Shown here: piece after piece, positions 35,401-47,814 of the stretch
Position numbering within the stretch: the stretch's first letter is position 1
Layout: each line of letters opens with the position of its first letter
Assembly: GCF_002113885.1 (NCBI RefSeq)
Contig: NW_018408610.1
Location: 564,648 to 628,647, forward strand
Length of the DNA: 64,000 nucleotides
From: Mizuhopecten yessoensis
Taxonomy: Eukaryota
Direction: 5' to 3'
Translations under genes and position numbers: made by a program
Notes under the pieces: generated by a model
Told to the model about the DNA's origin: nothing
The model's database searches: none
What the model saw: the letters and a program-made list of their open reading frames with translations, nothing else

Positions 35401-37252
35401 TTGCAGTCGGTGTGGTTGTAGTAAGTGTGGTTTTATTCGGTGTTGTTGTAGTAGGTGTGGGTGTAGTCGGTGTTGTTGTAGTAGGTGTGGTTGTCCTAGG
35501 TGTTGTAGTAGCTGTGGTTGTATAAGGTGTTGTAGTAGGTGTGGTTGCAGTAGGTGTGATTGTAGTAGGTTTGGGTGTAGTTGTTGTTGTTGTAGTAGGT
35601 GTTGTTGTAGTAGGTGTGGTTGTAGTAGGTGTGGTTGTTTGGTGTAGTTGTGTAGTAGGTGTGGTTGTAGCAGGTGTCGTTGTAGTAGGTGTTTTAGTGA
35701 GTGTGGTTGTACTAGGTGTTGTAGTAGATGTGGTTGTAGTAGGTGTGGTTGCAGTAGGTGTGATTGTAGTAGGTTTGGTGTAGTTGTTGTTGTTGTAGTA
35801 GGTGTTGTTGTACTAGGTGTGGTTGTAGTAGGTGTGGTTGTAGTAGGTGTTGTAGTAGGTGTGGTTGTACTAGGTGTTGTAGTAGGTGTTGTAGTGGGTG
35901 TAGTAGGTGTTGTACTAGGTGTGGTTATAGTAGGTGTTGTAGTAGGTGTTGTAGTAGGTGTGGTTGTACTAGGTGTTGTAGTAGGTGTTGTGGGAGGTTT
36001 TATTGCAGTATGTGCTGTTGTAATTCGTGTAAATGTAGAAGGTTTTATTGTAGTAGGTGTGGTTGTGAGACGTGTGGTTGTAGTAGCCATCTTTTTTGTG
36101 ATTGTCGTTCGTGCTGCAGTCGATTGTGACAGTCCATAGGCTACTGCCAGATATACCGTTATAAGGACTGAAATGACAAAGATATATTTACACTAATGAT
36201 GTTATAGGCAACAAAGTACATTTTTCGATATCTGGAGATTATGTAACTAATTTTTGCTTCGTAGATACACTTTTCTGATGATGTGCCTTTTTATTTGGTA
36301 AATTATTTTCTTTTGGCTTATCAGTTATACAAAAATCACGCTGATGTTGTAGTCATCTAAAAGGGAAGAACCTTTTAATTGGCGTATAATATTCATTATG
36401 CGGTACCAAAAGCGTAAACGGCTTTTTTTTATATTTTGATATTCATGGTAATACAGCGAAATGAATCCCCCTCCGCGAAATTTACCAATTTTGCAGTAAT
36501 AAGAAGCTAGAGTTGGTACAGTTAATTGCCTGTCGTGACTTCATCCACCCTTAATGGTTATTAATTATTAAAATGCATACAAAGATTATATAAGAGATAC
36601 TAGGTTTATATTTCATTATTGTTCCGTTCGATCAAAGCTGTAACTGTTGAGGATGTGATCCTGGTGATTCTAAGAGATTTAAGTCGCCTGCATGGTCACC
36701 ATTTTAATGTTATATTGGAGAAAACAAATTACAGTGCATGTTTAAGGTAACCGTAGTTTACTTTCACAGTCGACTGCAGAACACAAAAAAAATGTACTTC
36801 AATGTGTTAGTACCGTGGATATTTTACTATCATATCAAAGTAATCGTGGTAAAACGTAAATTCATTTCGTCCAGTAGAAATTTAGCAGTCTAAAAACAGT
36901 GAGATATCATGATTGAATAACACCAATTCAATACATGATACTAGATATATATAGTAACCAGTTAGTCACAAATTACATATTTGGTTATAATGTTGTACAC
37001 ATTCAATAACATTGCTGGTTACCTGTGTGTGAAATACTTTTTTAACTACATTATACATGAAATAGCAGCAAATAAAACCCTTTATTTATTGTCGGAAAGG
37101 CTTTACCTGGGGATAAATTGGGGGAAATCTCTAAGAGAAAGGTTCGCGAGAGGATCGATTATATTTGCTAAATGTCGGGCGTTCAAACATTGGTGTGATT
37201 TATCTGTTTACGTCCGAGAGAGGTGTGTTTTGTACTTACGGTGGAATCGCAT
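22308..37252 (-). CDS. Transmembrane mucin, MUC3/12/17-like architecture (SP-PTS-SEA-EGF-TM-tail), 11 coding exons
   Basis: Exons 37240-37252, 31414-36167, 30348-30463, 28734-28792, 27919-28100, 27400-27568, 25017-25238, 24228-24423, 23489-23620, 22601-22650, 22308-22329. All introns GT-AG with matching phases; one 1-bp deletion at ~35778. Confidence 0.9.
22601..22650 (-). CDS. Mucin exon 10: cytoplasmic tail
   Basis: ccttag|LYIRRPRLSTRHSDMFG|gtatgt; phase 0 to 2. Confidence 0.7.
23489..23620 (-). CDS. Mucin exon 9: cytoplasmic tail
   Basis: SRMYLP...DSYRLLDTENQ; 132 bp, phase 0 to 0; CAG|gtcagt donor, weaker AAG acceptor. Confidence 0.75.
24228..24423 (-). CDS. Mucin exon 8: cytoplasmic tail
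   Basis: ttctacag / gtaaag; HNRDYGSE...AAYYNGW...VVP; phase 2 to 0. Confidence 0.8.
25017..25238 (-). CDS. Mucin exon 7: end of EGF, TM helix and basic juxtamembrane segment
   Basis: CLPDTVFEHYSDSC..ILVVTAGLGGAVIIVIVVVIVCVCKKRR. Donor is either GT at 25016 or GC at 25058 (same phase). Confidence 0.88.
25331..25760 (-). mobile_element. tRNA-derived SINE with Meta-type core (mucin intron 6)
   Basis: Minus strand: B-box-like gggttctgtccc, then gtcataccaaa..aaaaatggtagttg..agcattaagg (Meta-domain-like), ending in a (CAAC)n tail. Confidence 0.65.
27400..27568 (-). CDS. Mucin exon 6: Cys-rich / EGF-like
   Basis: ICDLQDNCNEYQIC..FICNSKCTYDLCGDYGLCLLHPSGNTRC; tttcag / gtaagt; phase 1 to 2. Confidence 0.9.
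27919..28100 (-). CDS. Mucin exon 5: SEA C-terminal part with G-S-V motif
   Basis: NGSVECNYRLRF...IDLEK; ttgtag / gtaagt; phase 2 to 1. Confidence 0.88.
28734..28792 (-). CDS. Mucin exon 4: SEA middle (59 bp)
   Basis: IYTKYNGTDGFERVTIIGFT; cttcag / gtgagt; phase 0 to 2. Confidence 0.88.
28954..29454. mobile_element. PIF/Harbinger-like MITE, 501 bp (mucin intron 3)
   Basis: ~34-bp TIRs GCCGCGGTCACA(TA)TCTTACGGTCAC..CGTAGTT with TTA-like flanks; internal ttgacccta / tagggtcaa subrepeats. Confidence 0.8.
30348..30463 (-). CDS. Mucin exon 3: SEA domain N-terminal part
   Basis: EQIIIAVKLTVVVDIVFPEDLKDKSSALYQTYSESFRNM; tttcag / gtgagt; phase 1 to 0. Confidence 0.88.
30886..31042 (-). mobile_element. 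Truncated V-SINE (mucin intron 2)
   Basis: V-domain signature GTGGGTTTTCTCCGGGTACACCGGTTTCCTCCCAC preceded by B-box GGTTCGATC on the minus strand. Confidence 0.75.
31414..36167 (-). CDS. Mucin exon 2: rest of signal peptide plus Thr/Pro-rich PTS domain (~1,580 aa)
   Basis: Acceptor tttgtcatttcag, donor G|gtaaga; (TTTP/TTTTP/STTTP)n; frameshift at ~35778. Confidence 0.9.
37240..37252 (-). CDS. Mucin coding exon 1 (MRFH, start of signal peptide)
   Basis: aaacATG CGA TTC CAC C|GTAAGT joins exon 2 to give MRFHLLITVYLAVAYG-LSQST. Confidence 0.75.
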
Positions 37253-37839
37253 GTTTGACAGCGACCTGGCTTCTCTCCCTCTTGTTTACACTGCGAGGTA
37301 ATACAATATTAACATTGAGACTGTATGAATAGGATCTTACTTAATTTTCCACTTCATATGAGATTGATGAAGTTTTTTTTATTTAAAATTCCTTTAACAC
37401 ATGGTAGAGCATTTTTGCGAAAACGTTTAAAAAATGTAACTCGTTCAGTGTCATCTTGAAGCTTCCCCTCCAGCCTCGAACTTGAGATAAACGTTTAGAG
37501 AAAACATTTTGGTGACATTAGGCTGTTCCAGGAATCTTGTGTGTACTGTTGATAACAATACTTAAAAATATGAAAGATATGTAAAAGCATATATCAGATC
37601 ATTAATGACTAAAATATTAAACATGAAACTATACCGGCTATGTTGGGGAAAGGGCGTTCAATGCTTTTTTTATAAATCTATTCTCAGTTTTTGCGCTCCG
37701 AAAATATATATATCAACAATAATGATTGGCAAAATGACGTCAAGAACGGAATCATGACGTAATGTTAACATAGTATGAAATGCTGCCAAAGTATGCGGAA
37801 CTCCATTAACATGTACGTATACATAAAAAACAAGAGATA

Positions 37840-38375
37840 ACCGAAGTGCAAACAAAAAACATAAAGTGAACTTAAAATTGATAAAACTAAGAGAGAATAC
37901 GAACAATTTAAATATGTACATGGAGACCCTTCAAAAAGAACAAGGAGGATAAGACAAGGCGTTCCAGAAGGATAAGCGTTTTCTGCTTCATCGATGACAC
38001 AAGCCATGTAAATCTAGTAATGTTGTGTCTTCACATTAATAACTCGGGTATTGACAACATAACAGCATGGCGCGATTAGGAGCCTAATAAAAATCACCTT
38101 CATATCACACAAAGAACAAGCACATTTCCCTATGAGATGATGATGGCGCACGTAAAACTAGCCCATAGTCCTCATTCGCCTACATCTTCGGAACCCCTGT
38201 GTTGCAAATGTGTCTGCTAGCAGCTGACCTCTATTAAGGATGTTATGATATTGATGCAAGGTCTTGAATACCGATCAAACTGCGATTTGTAAACACGTTA
38301 GTATGGGAACCGGGATATCGCTATCAAGAAAAGGAAAGTTCATGATCAGAAAACCAAAGTCATGAAGCTTATCGA
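37840..38375 (-). mobile_element. Penelope-like retroelement 3' remnant (RT C-terminus plus terminal sequence; possibly Naiad-type)
   Basis: Degenerate DFGFLIMNFPFLDSDIP ... QGFRR..FYVRH; followed by an acgcttatcc-tctggaac terminal motif also seen at 47489 and 53498. Confidence 0.65.
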
Positions 38376-38860
38376 CTCAAGCACTGGCTGTCGTCACATT
38401 TTTATCTTGCTGAACCGTGAAATAAATAAAGTAATCTGGCGTCATATTTGAAACATTTATCAATCCGCCGAACCATTTTTTCACTGAGAGTTGTAAATAG
38501 ATATTTGCCAATAACACAATATGAGACATACAGATCTATTGAACATTTCATACCTAACGTATTACAATGATATACAGGGGAAATACACTAAAGCGGGAGA
38601 ACGCCAATGAAAGCCTACGTAATGTTACAAATTTACTATTGTTATCTACAACAGATATTTTTGAAATAAATATACGTGTATCATGCACAACGTGCCAGAA
38701 TAAATGGACTTCTTAAAGCATCAACTTGCACTAAGCTTCCTTGCATGACTTTTAAAAAGTTCATGTAAAAAATAAAAGCTAAGTTTGTTTTTAACACAAA
38801 CAGGAATTGAAAACTTATTTTGCAATCTTTCGAAATCGTCTGTTTCCTTTGTCAAACATA

Positions 38861-39140
38861 CTAAGGGGTGGAATGGGTAAACATGTTACCCGTTCCCCTG
38901 ACTGCCTGCAGTATTTGAGTGCAATTGGGCGAAATGCCTGTGATTTTTGACAGCTGACTTTACTGGTTTAGAGTCGAGACACCGGTCTTTTATACTCTTT
39001 GCTTGACAGAGGAGACAGACGTTTTAAAAACTCGCAAAATAAGTTTTCAATACCTATTGTGTCCAAAAAAACAAACGTAGACTTTATCATTCAAACCAAA
39101 CTGGTGAATCTTATTCCGAATATTCGTGTTAAAAAAAAGT
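38861..39140 (+). repeat. Dispersed repeat, copy 2
   Basis: Similar to 6532-6890. Confidence 0.6.
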
Positions 39141-40367
39141 TAAAATTCTAGGCACAACTCATATTATGACGACCAAGTACAACGTGAGAACAATCTGTTG
39201 TCGCGTGGTCATGTTCATTAAAAAGGGTTGGGTAGCTAGTAGACGCTGGACTACGTAAATAATGTACTAAGATACCAAAGACACGATATCACCCTCTAAG
39301 TGTTAGGGACAGGAACATAGCATACTTTCCAATAAATAATTTACAGGTGGCTAACATCTTATATCTTTCCTGTCATCGAACGTAATAGGGTTATCATTAA
39401 ATAGTATTGATTCTTATTGTTGTCTTTCATTTCAACCGGAGAAGATGCTGTATGCATTACGCTTAAAATGTGCGGTGACAACATTTCGCGTTTGTGCTTA
39501 CAGAACTTATTCGCAGGGTCCGATGTACACCCGCTAATGATATTTCGCGGATCTCTTATACATTGATAAAATTTGAAATCAGCTTTATTTCAGATTGTTG
39601 TGCAATGCATATTGAGTGTAATCGTAAATAGTAAATCAATTTTGAAACGGGTATACCGCCAGTCAATGTTTGCGTAAATTTGTGTTATGATTACAATGTT
39701 CCTGAGTGCTGTCATGCATATCCATTTTGAGAGTAAAAGAAATATTTACAGAATAATTATTAACGTTTGTCCCAATACTGAACCAATGAATTCAATCAGC
39801 TTCACATTGACATATGTTATCTTCGTGTTAAACTTGATTCACATTAACATTTTTTTTTTATCTTTTTGTCTTTTAATGTCACATTGACATGTTCTATCTT
39901 CAATGACAATGTATCAAATCGGCTTCGCATTGACAAATTTTAACTTTCACAATGACATATTTTATATATATAATGTATTAAATCAGCTTCACGTAGACAT
40001 ATTTTATCTTTAATGTATTAAATCAGCTTTATATAGACGGAGTTTATCATTGTTCAATCAAATCAGTTTCACATTGACATATTTTGTATTTAATTTATTA
40101 AATCAGCTTCACATAGACGGAGTTTATCATTGTTCAATCAAATCAGTTTCACATTAACATATTTTATATTTAATTTATTAAATCAGCTTCACATAGACAT
40201 ATTTATCTTAAATGTATTAAACCAGCTTCACATAGACGGAGTTTATCATTGTTCAATCAAATCAGTTTTACATTGACATAATTTATATACAATGTAATAA
40301 ATCAGCTTCACATTGACATATTATATATATAATGTATTAAATCCGCTTCACACTGACATATTATATT

Positions 40368-41930
40368 CACTGCCCTCCAAAAGTTCTGTTACATATGTAC
40401 AATTTTGCTGATAAATTATCTTTGACAAAACTATTGGAAAAAATAATTTTCTATAAATGTTTTTCTATTGATGAAAATGGAGATAATGTTATTGAGATGA
40501 TTTGCTATCAATGATTATCCAAATTCTCAAAAATCTATCAGATGTTTGAGAATTGTTAGATTTACTTAAATGTACTCGGTATTTAATCTAAATACTCATG
40601 AGAAGAAATGCAGCGAATGACAAGAGAAGACCGATTCCTGTGTGTTTTTTACCATCGCAATGGTATTGCTGCCGCCCAAACTGCAAGGATTCTTGTAACC
40701 AGCAGGTAAGTGAATGTTTTCATCGCGGATTTTGGTGCATTTGCATACTTTTCTTAATTAGAATCTGTCTATAGTTGATTAACTGTTTCTATTTTGTTGC
40801 AGACAGAACGTGTACAGGGCCATTAAACGGTTCCAAGATACCGGGAACTATGAGGATCGGGAACGTTCTGGCCGCCCACGGATTTCTACCCCTCGGGATG
40901 ATTGATTATTAGTCCGGGCCAGCCTCAGAAATCGCAAGGATGCCGTTCTGGAGCTTCTAACGGAGTGGATCCAAAATGGTGTGGTGGCGTCGAATACCAC
41001 AGTGAGGAGACGATTACACAACGCGGGATTGAAAGGTTGTGTTGCTGTCAAAAAAACACTTTTGACTGCTACCCATCGTCGGAAAAAGATTGACAATTGC
41101 ACAGAACCATGCAAATTGGACATTGGTGGACTGGTCGACTGTTTTATGGTCTGACGAGTCTAGGTTCACCATTTTCCAAACAGATAGCAGGACGTATGTT
41201 AGAAGAAGGGCAAATGAACAATTGCGGCAAGACTGTGTGGTGCCTACAGTTAAGTTTGGTGGTGGTGGTGGTGTGACAGTTTGGGGGGCAATGTTCTACC
41301 GAGGGACTCGATACCTCACTCCTTTGAAAGAAAATCTTAACGGAACCAAATACATTGACATTTTAGAAAACAGCGCGGTACCATCAGCACATCTGCTAGG
41401 CTATGGAAACAACTATTTCTTCCTGGATGACAATGCCCCATGCCACCGGGCAAGAATAGTGAACGAATGGAAGGAGGTCAACAATGGTTTGTCCTTGGAG
41501 TGGCTCCCACAGTCCCCCGACTTGAACCCGATAGAAAACTTGTTGAGAGATCTGGGTTTGGAAGTTCGCCGACACAAGAGCAGAAACCTAAGGGAACTTG
41601 AAGCTGCCATACAGCTTGCATAGGATGGAATACCTGCTAGGATATGTAGAACTTTGGTGAGGAGTATGCCTGAACGTATAAAGGCTGTGATTAGAGCTCG
41701 TCGAGGATACACTAAATATTAATGGAATTACAATGTTTTTACAATTTACATACTAACTCATTTTTGTAACATTATGTTAACTTAACATAATGAAATCAAC
41801 GGAAATAATTGTCAAATAACTTAGTTAATGATATACACAAATGATAATAAAAACAAGATTGGCATAATTCTGCACTTCTGTAATTATATATCGAAAAATG
41901 CAAATGTAACAGAACTTTTAGAGGGCAGTG
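40368..41930 (+). mobile_element. Full-length Tc1-family transposon (1,563 bp)
   Basis: 27-bp TIRs CACTGCCCTC(C/T)AAAAGTTCTGTTACAT; TA on the right flank, TT on the left. Confidence 0.93.
40608..41722 (+). pseudogene. Tc1 DD34E transposase, disrupted
   Basis: Intron 40706-40802; motifs GRPR, WSDES, DNAPCH-(34)-PIE, GYTKY*. Stops at 40903 and 41621, +1 frameshift at ~41085. Confidence 0.9.
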
Positions 41931-44900
41931 TATTAAAGGTGTTAAATCAGCTTCATATTGACACATTTTATCTGTAATGATTTTTAATCAGCTTCACATT
42001 GATATATTGTATCTATAATATGTTTAAACAGCTTCACGTTGACATATTTGATATTTAAGGTATTTAATCAGCTTTATATTGACATATTTCATCTGTACAT
42101 TTTTAATCAGCTTCATATTGACATATTTTATATTTAAGGTATTTAATCAACTTTACATTGACCTGTTTTATATTTAAGGTATTTAATCAACTTTACATTG
42201 ACATGTTTTATATTAAATGCATTTAAACAATTTCACATAGCATATGTTATCTATAATGTATCTAATCAGGTTAACATTGACTTGTCAGCTTCACATTGAC
42301 ATATTTCATATTTAATGCAATAATTTAGCTTCATATTAACATATTTTATCTGTAATGTTTTTAATCAGCTTCACATTGACATATTTTATCTATAATATAT
42401 TTAATCAGCTTCACATTGACATATTTTATTACCTTTAATATATTTAATCAGCTTCACATTGATATTTTTTATTATATATAATGTATTTAATCAGCTTCAT
42501 ATTGACATCTGTTTTTCTTTAATATGTTTAATCAGCTTCACATTGACTATTTTATATTTAATGTATTAAATTAGCTTCATATTGACATATTTTAATATCT
42601 ATAATATATTTAATCAGATTCATGTTGACACATTTTATTTGTTATGTTTTTAATCAGCTTCACATTGACATATTTTATGTTTAATGTAATAATTTAGCTT
42701 CATATTGACATATTTTATCTGTTTTATCCGTAAGGTATTTAATCAGCTTCACATTGACTATTTTATATTTAATGTATTAAAATAGCTTCATATTGACATA
42801 TTTTATTTGTGATGTATTTACTCAGCTTCACATTGACATATTTTATCTATAATGTATTTAATCAGCTTTACATCGACATCTTTTATCTTTATGGTACAGT
42901 TAGAATTACGCCCAAGTATCTATATAAAGAGACTGCACTGTTAATTAAGTGTATTTTTTGTATCTGTATTCAAGCGTGAAGGAGGTGTGAAATTTCCACA
43001 AAAAGTGTGATTGACACAATTAATACAGGCAAGGTCCAGGTGTGTTTTAATAGCTGCCAAATCATCGATGAACAATGCAATAGACAACGTATGTGTACTA
43101 GTACTGTACCTGACATTACAGCCGTATTACTAACAGTTGTACAGTCATTGTAATAACATGTAAATTGCATTGGAGAATTAGAAAAAGTGCACAATATACC
43201 AATCGAATATGAGGATTTGTTTTCATTTCGTAACATCTATCAACTGATCTTATCATATCGCACATATGTGAGCGCTTTTACATCGCATAGTTGTGATCAC
43301 TATGTGTGATGTGCGCAGGGTAAATATGATGCGGTTTGCAATCAACTGTAAATTGCAAGAGCAATGCATAACTTCTTTGTCATTAGGAGACAACAAAAAA
43401 AGCGATTGCTAAGACAACTACAAGAATAACATTATGACCACGTGCAGGAGTAACTTTTCGTATGGCTGATTAGTTTACCGTCCACGATACAGCCATATGA
43501 AGACGGGTGCCTAGGGAGAAAATGTTTGAAAGAGACTAAAAAAACACAGAAAGATTAGGAAGAGAAAAAACAGAAAATAATACATTCATTGTATTGCTAT
43601 GGGGCAGTTGATTAATGTTAGTCTTAGTAGAAGCCACGGTAAAAACAAAACTCTGTTTTTGCAGAGGGAGGGAGCACACAAGTCGCCTCTCATACACATG
43701 CACGATACACGGGCAATATGATTGGAATAGAATAAAATAGAATAGGACAGATCAATAATTGATTTCTCCAATAGCCCCTAATCAAGATACCCGGAAGAAA
43801 CTACCTCCGAATCTGCGGGGAGGGAGCGGAGTCACACATTAGCCGCCTCTTATGATTATAAACTGAGATACAACAGGCCTTATTTAAAACAGTTTAGCAA
43901 TGAGACATCAAAGATAGAAAATGTTTTATGAACATCCACTAACCATTTTCTTTATGATGAATAGAACTGAGGTATACAATTTCGTTATTAAGTTTTCAAA
44001 ATATACATAAACTTCGTAAAGTGTTTATCTTTGATATAAAATGACACATTTTCTTTACATGCGATATTGATTTTATGAGTAATCTTGCAGATAACATACA
44101 AGGAAGTGATCGAATGTGAAACACAGGTAAATTATATCCATTCTACATAGCTACGTAGGTATGTCTAGACAGCCTGTTTGTGTTGGATCATTCTGACAGG
44201 TATCCTAGTCAACATCTAAAGTAGCAACATATGTCGCGGGTCATGACCTTAAAATGTATTAACTCCCTGCTCTTATATGTATTATCTTCAATGTCTGTGT
44301 TTAAACAATCATTTGAACTCTCTAATACTTTTTCACTTGTATATTTATTGTTCTTTTTCAATGCAGCATCCTAGTCAGTATAAGTGAATTGTAAACATAA
44401 AATAAGTTTTTACTCATTTTTTTCCGTTTTGTGTGTGTGTTGATGACGTCATCCGTTTCATTCTTCCATTTGTTTTGGCATTATCTTGATTTATACTGTT
44501 ACAATTTTATAATTAAAATTAGAGCCATCATTTATTTGAATTCTGTTTTTTAAAACTTACTGTTTAAAATGCTCTAAAAATGTTGCGTGTCACATGTTAA
44601 CGGTGAAAGATTAAATGAAATGTGTACTTGATAAAAGGTTTACTGAATATTGCATGTCACATGCGATCCATTATTGATCGGGGTTTCTCTTTACCTGAAC
44701 TAATACATGCATGTAGGGGTACTTCACTATTACCTTTACAAACACTGATAACTCACACTGACACATAAGGAGGTGCAAGTAGCATTCATAGGTTTAAGCA
44801 GGTGTGACTTGTCTACAGACCAAGCGCCATGGATTTAAACATTAAGGGTAAGTCAAATTTGACAGATTTCAGAATATTCTTTGCATGTCAAATGTTCAAA

Positions 44901-45469
44901 ACATTTAATATTTTGATTGGAAACAAACGTTGCAAATAAACTGAAAATGAAGTTTCAAAGAGAGAGAGAAGGGGTGGGGTGGGGGGGTGTGTGTTCCAAA
45001 ATGACTTTTGGTGCATCCATAACTAGGGATATAAGATTATATAAAAGGGATATATGCTACAGTATATGTGTAAAAATATCTTGCTATGGTGATTTATCAT
45101 ATATTTACAGACAAATCAACAGCGGGAAGCCATCTGCAAAGATATTTTCCAGACAAATAATGTGTTCATCTTAGAATAAAAGTATCTTATAACTTTTGTA
45201 TACCAAACATATTTTGATGATAGAAGGACTAGGTCATGAACTACGAATGACAAAAAATATCAATCAAAAATATGTGGTGGAACATATTCAAAGGAGGGAA
45301 CAAATGACAATATGGTTTATAAATCAGAAAGCATGGCTACATGTAAAGTCTAATCATTATGACTGAAAACTAATGGAAAAGAAGAAAAAAATTGTTCCAG
45401 TTTAGACTTTTTTTACATTTCGTGTACCTTTACATTTACGAGATTTCTCTCTTCACTATGATATTTTTT

Positions 45470-46170
45470 TCATTACAATATATTTGATTAGATCAAATGA
45501 TTCAATGGGAATTGGGCAACAGGCTATGCCTATACAAGCCCTCTCCCATAGATTACATACATTTCAAACAATAAAATAATTATAATTTAGATATTAACAT
45601 ATAAGCACTGGCTTGGAACATTAAATAGTAATTAGTAGTCTCTATCTCTCTTTAAACTAAGCAAAATTAAAATTTAAAAAACATAAAATTACTGATGTAA
45701 AACAAATACAGTTGTTTTTATTTTGTTATTTTTTCTTTACATAGTAACCATTAGTAACACCAACAAGTCCTCCATCACCACTCCTACTCCCGATAACAAT
45801 TATAACTGGGCACCACTAAAATGTCAATACACACCACCACTGTGTGCTTACCCAGTCATTGATAATCCAGAGCAGGAGTCGTGTTGGAGGAGTATTCATA
45901 TATACATCTATACATACACATTGGAACTAATATTAACAGTTATTTCAAAGTCTGTTAGTAGACTCAGTATATTTCTGAACACAGACACAAATAGTAGATT
46001 TAATGAATATAAGGTCAGGATGTAGTCCATCAGTATTACGTTTGTTTGAAATTAGAAGGGCTTCTGTTTTGTAGGGATTAAAAAAAGTATATCCAATCTA
46101 TTTGCCCACATAGATATTCTGTAAGGATCAATATTTAAAATTTAGCAGTAGCTATTTTATCATTATCTAT
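45470..46170 (-). mobile_element. CR1-type LINE remnant
   Basis: ISMWANR..FNPYKTEALLISNKR..HPDLIF at ~45990-46130 and a CR1-like 3' end (ggagagggcttgtata..tgcccaattcc) at ~45500-45560. Confidence 0.6.
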
Positions 46171-46378
46171 TATCTTTTATCTATAATGTATCAAATCAGC
46201 TTCACATTGACATATTTTTATCGTAACACTTAATGTATTAAAACAGCCGCATGTTGACACATTTTCACGACTTTTCATCTTGACAGTTGAATCACACTAA
46301 AAGATACATGACATTTCAATATACAAGAACATCGTGCACTAAGAAACATTAAAACACCAAAGGACACAGAAAGACCAA

Positions 46379-47119
46379 AGGGCCTGTCATAACTAGTCGA
46401 TTGGGGCCGCCGGAGCTATATACTGGAGCACCAATTTGGCAATTTTCGGAGATCGGTACTAGTACGGCAGCGTAACGGTACCACAGCGATAAGAACGGCA
46501 GTATATCGTCAGAACATCGGCAACAAATTTAACAATGGCAGGCAACGGTATACAAAAAGATTTTGAACAGGCTCAAAAGAAATATCCGCCGTTGCGCGGC
46601 CGGAGCGAACAACGGGACTGCAACGGCAGTCCATCGGCAGTAGTCCGGTCTGTAGTATACCGGTTACGCACCGTAATGGACCGGCGGCTCTCAAGTGGCC
46701 TCAATGTGTACCGCACCGTTACCGATGTGATACCGTAGTTCTACCGAATACCACCATAGAAGTACTGATGCGATGCCGATATACTAACGATGTACTACCG
46801 TAACATCGGCAGCGCAATGATATCACTCCACTGTAGCTCCGATCAACGGTGGCATATCGGTAGAACAACGGCAGCTCATCGGTAGAACAACGGCGGCTCA
46901 TCGGTAACATTGAGGCGTCCGAAAAGTGGTATTCGGTAGCACATCGGCTCTTACATCGGTATCACAACGGGAACACCGGTACTACATCGATATTTCTACG
47001 TTAAATCTTAATTTCTCAAGTGCTTTCTTGCCGGAGCTCTGCCGATATTCTCGCCGTTGTAATTGTTTTCTCCGGTTAAGCCCCGGCGAGGTACATCGGT
47101 AGTGTGTGTGATAGGCGCT
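46379..47119. mobile_element. Harbinger-like MITE, CpG-rich
   Basis: Imperfect 13-bp TIRs AGGGCCTGTCATA / AGCGCCTATCACA with CAA / TAA flanks; many acggcag and catcggtag subrepeats. Confidence 0.6.
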
Positions 47120-47814
47120 TAAGCGGTGACTCCACAAAATAAAACTTTAATTTTAATTTTGATACGATGAAATCGCGACAAATTATGAATAAATCCCAGT
47201 TGTACAGGGAGATCCTTGAAAAACTACAATTTTACAGCGAGATAAAAGCACACAGTACACTTACACACAAGAAAGCTTAAACGAAACTAAAAACAAAAAC
47301 TCAAAATCGAGCTGTAGGTCTATGGTTAGATTATACCGGGTGTACATTGTTGTACGAGTTTAATGACACATGCAATTATCTTGCCTACTATGCAACTTTT
47401 GTTGGTGTTCACAAATAAATGATAAAGACTACTTACCTCTTATGGAGCAATCGGGATGTTGTTAACTAGGATCTTCCACGTGTTTTATGACGCTTACCCT
47501 CCCGGAACATATGGCCTTACCTTGTTTGTACTTTTCTAAACGTTTCCATGTAAAACTTTCCTCGTTGCATATGCTTTCCTAGTTTTATCAATTCTGAGTT
47601 CGAACAACTGTTTTGTGACGCTTTATTTCATTCAGCTTCACACATCAGAATAAGCTATTGAACCTAATTGCATACGAGGTACTGATTGAGTGATACCGTA
47701 GTCATGTGAGAACTAGACATTAGGTAAGAGAAAACATTTTTAATGACGTTTACTTTTTCCCATCAAACTCCGCTGAACTGCACAACGACATTTGAAAACA
47801 AATAATTTCACTTT

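Larger units (their letters stand above)
39790..42895. repeat. 40-bp minisatellite interrupted by Tc1
   Basis: Unit aatcagcttcacattgacatattttatctataatgtattt on both sides of 40368-41930; a few more units at ~46170-46290. Confidence 0.9.

Noticed and set aside
34705-35780. Gln/His/Leu-rich protein
   Set aside because: Out-of-frame reading of the PTS repeat after the 1-bp deletion.
31446-36139. Long Val/Gly-rich and Cys/Ser/Arg-rich plus-strand ORFs
   Set aside because: Antisense mirrors of the Thr/Pro codon repeats; splice sites and signal peptide support the minus strand.
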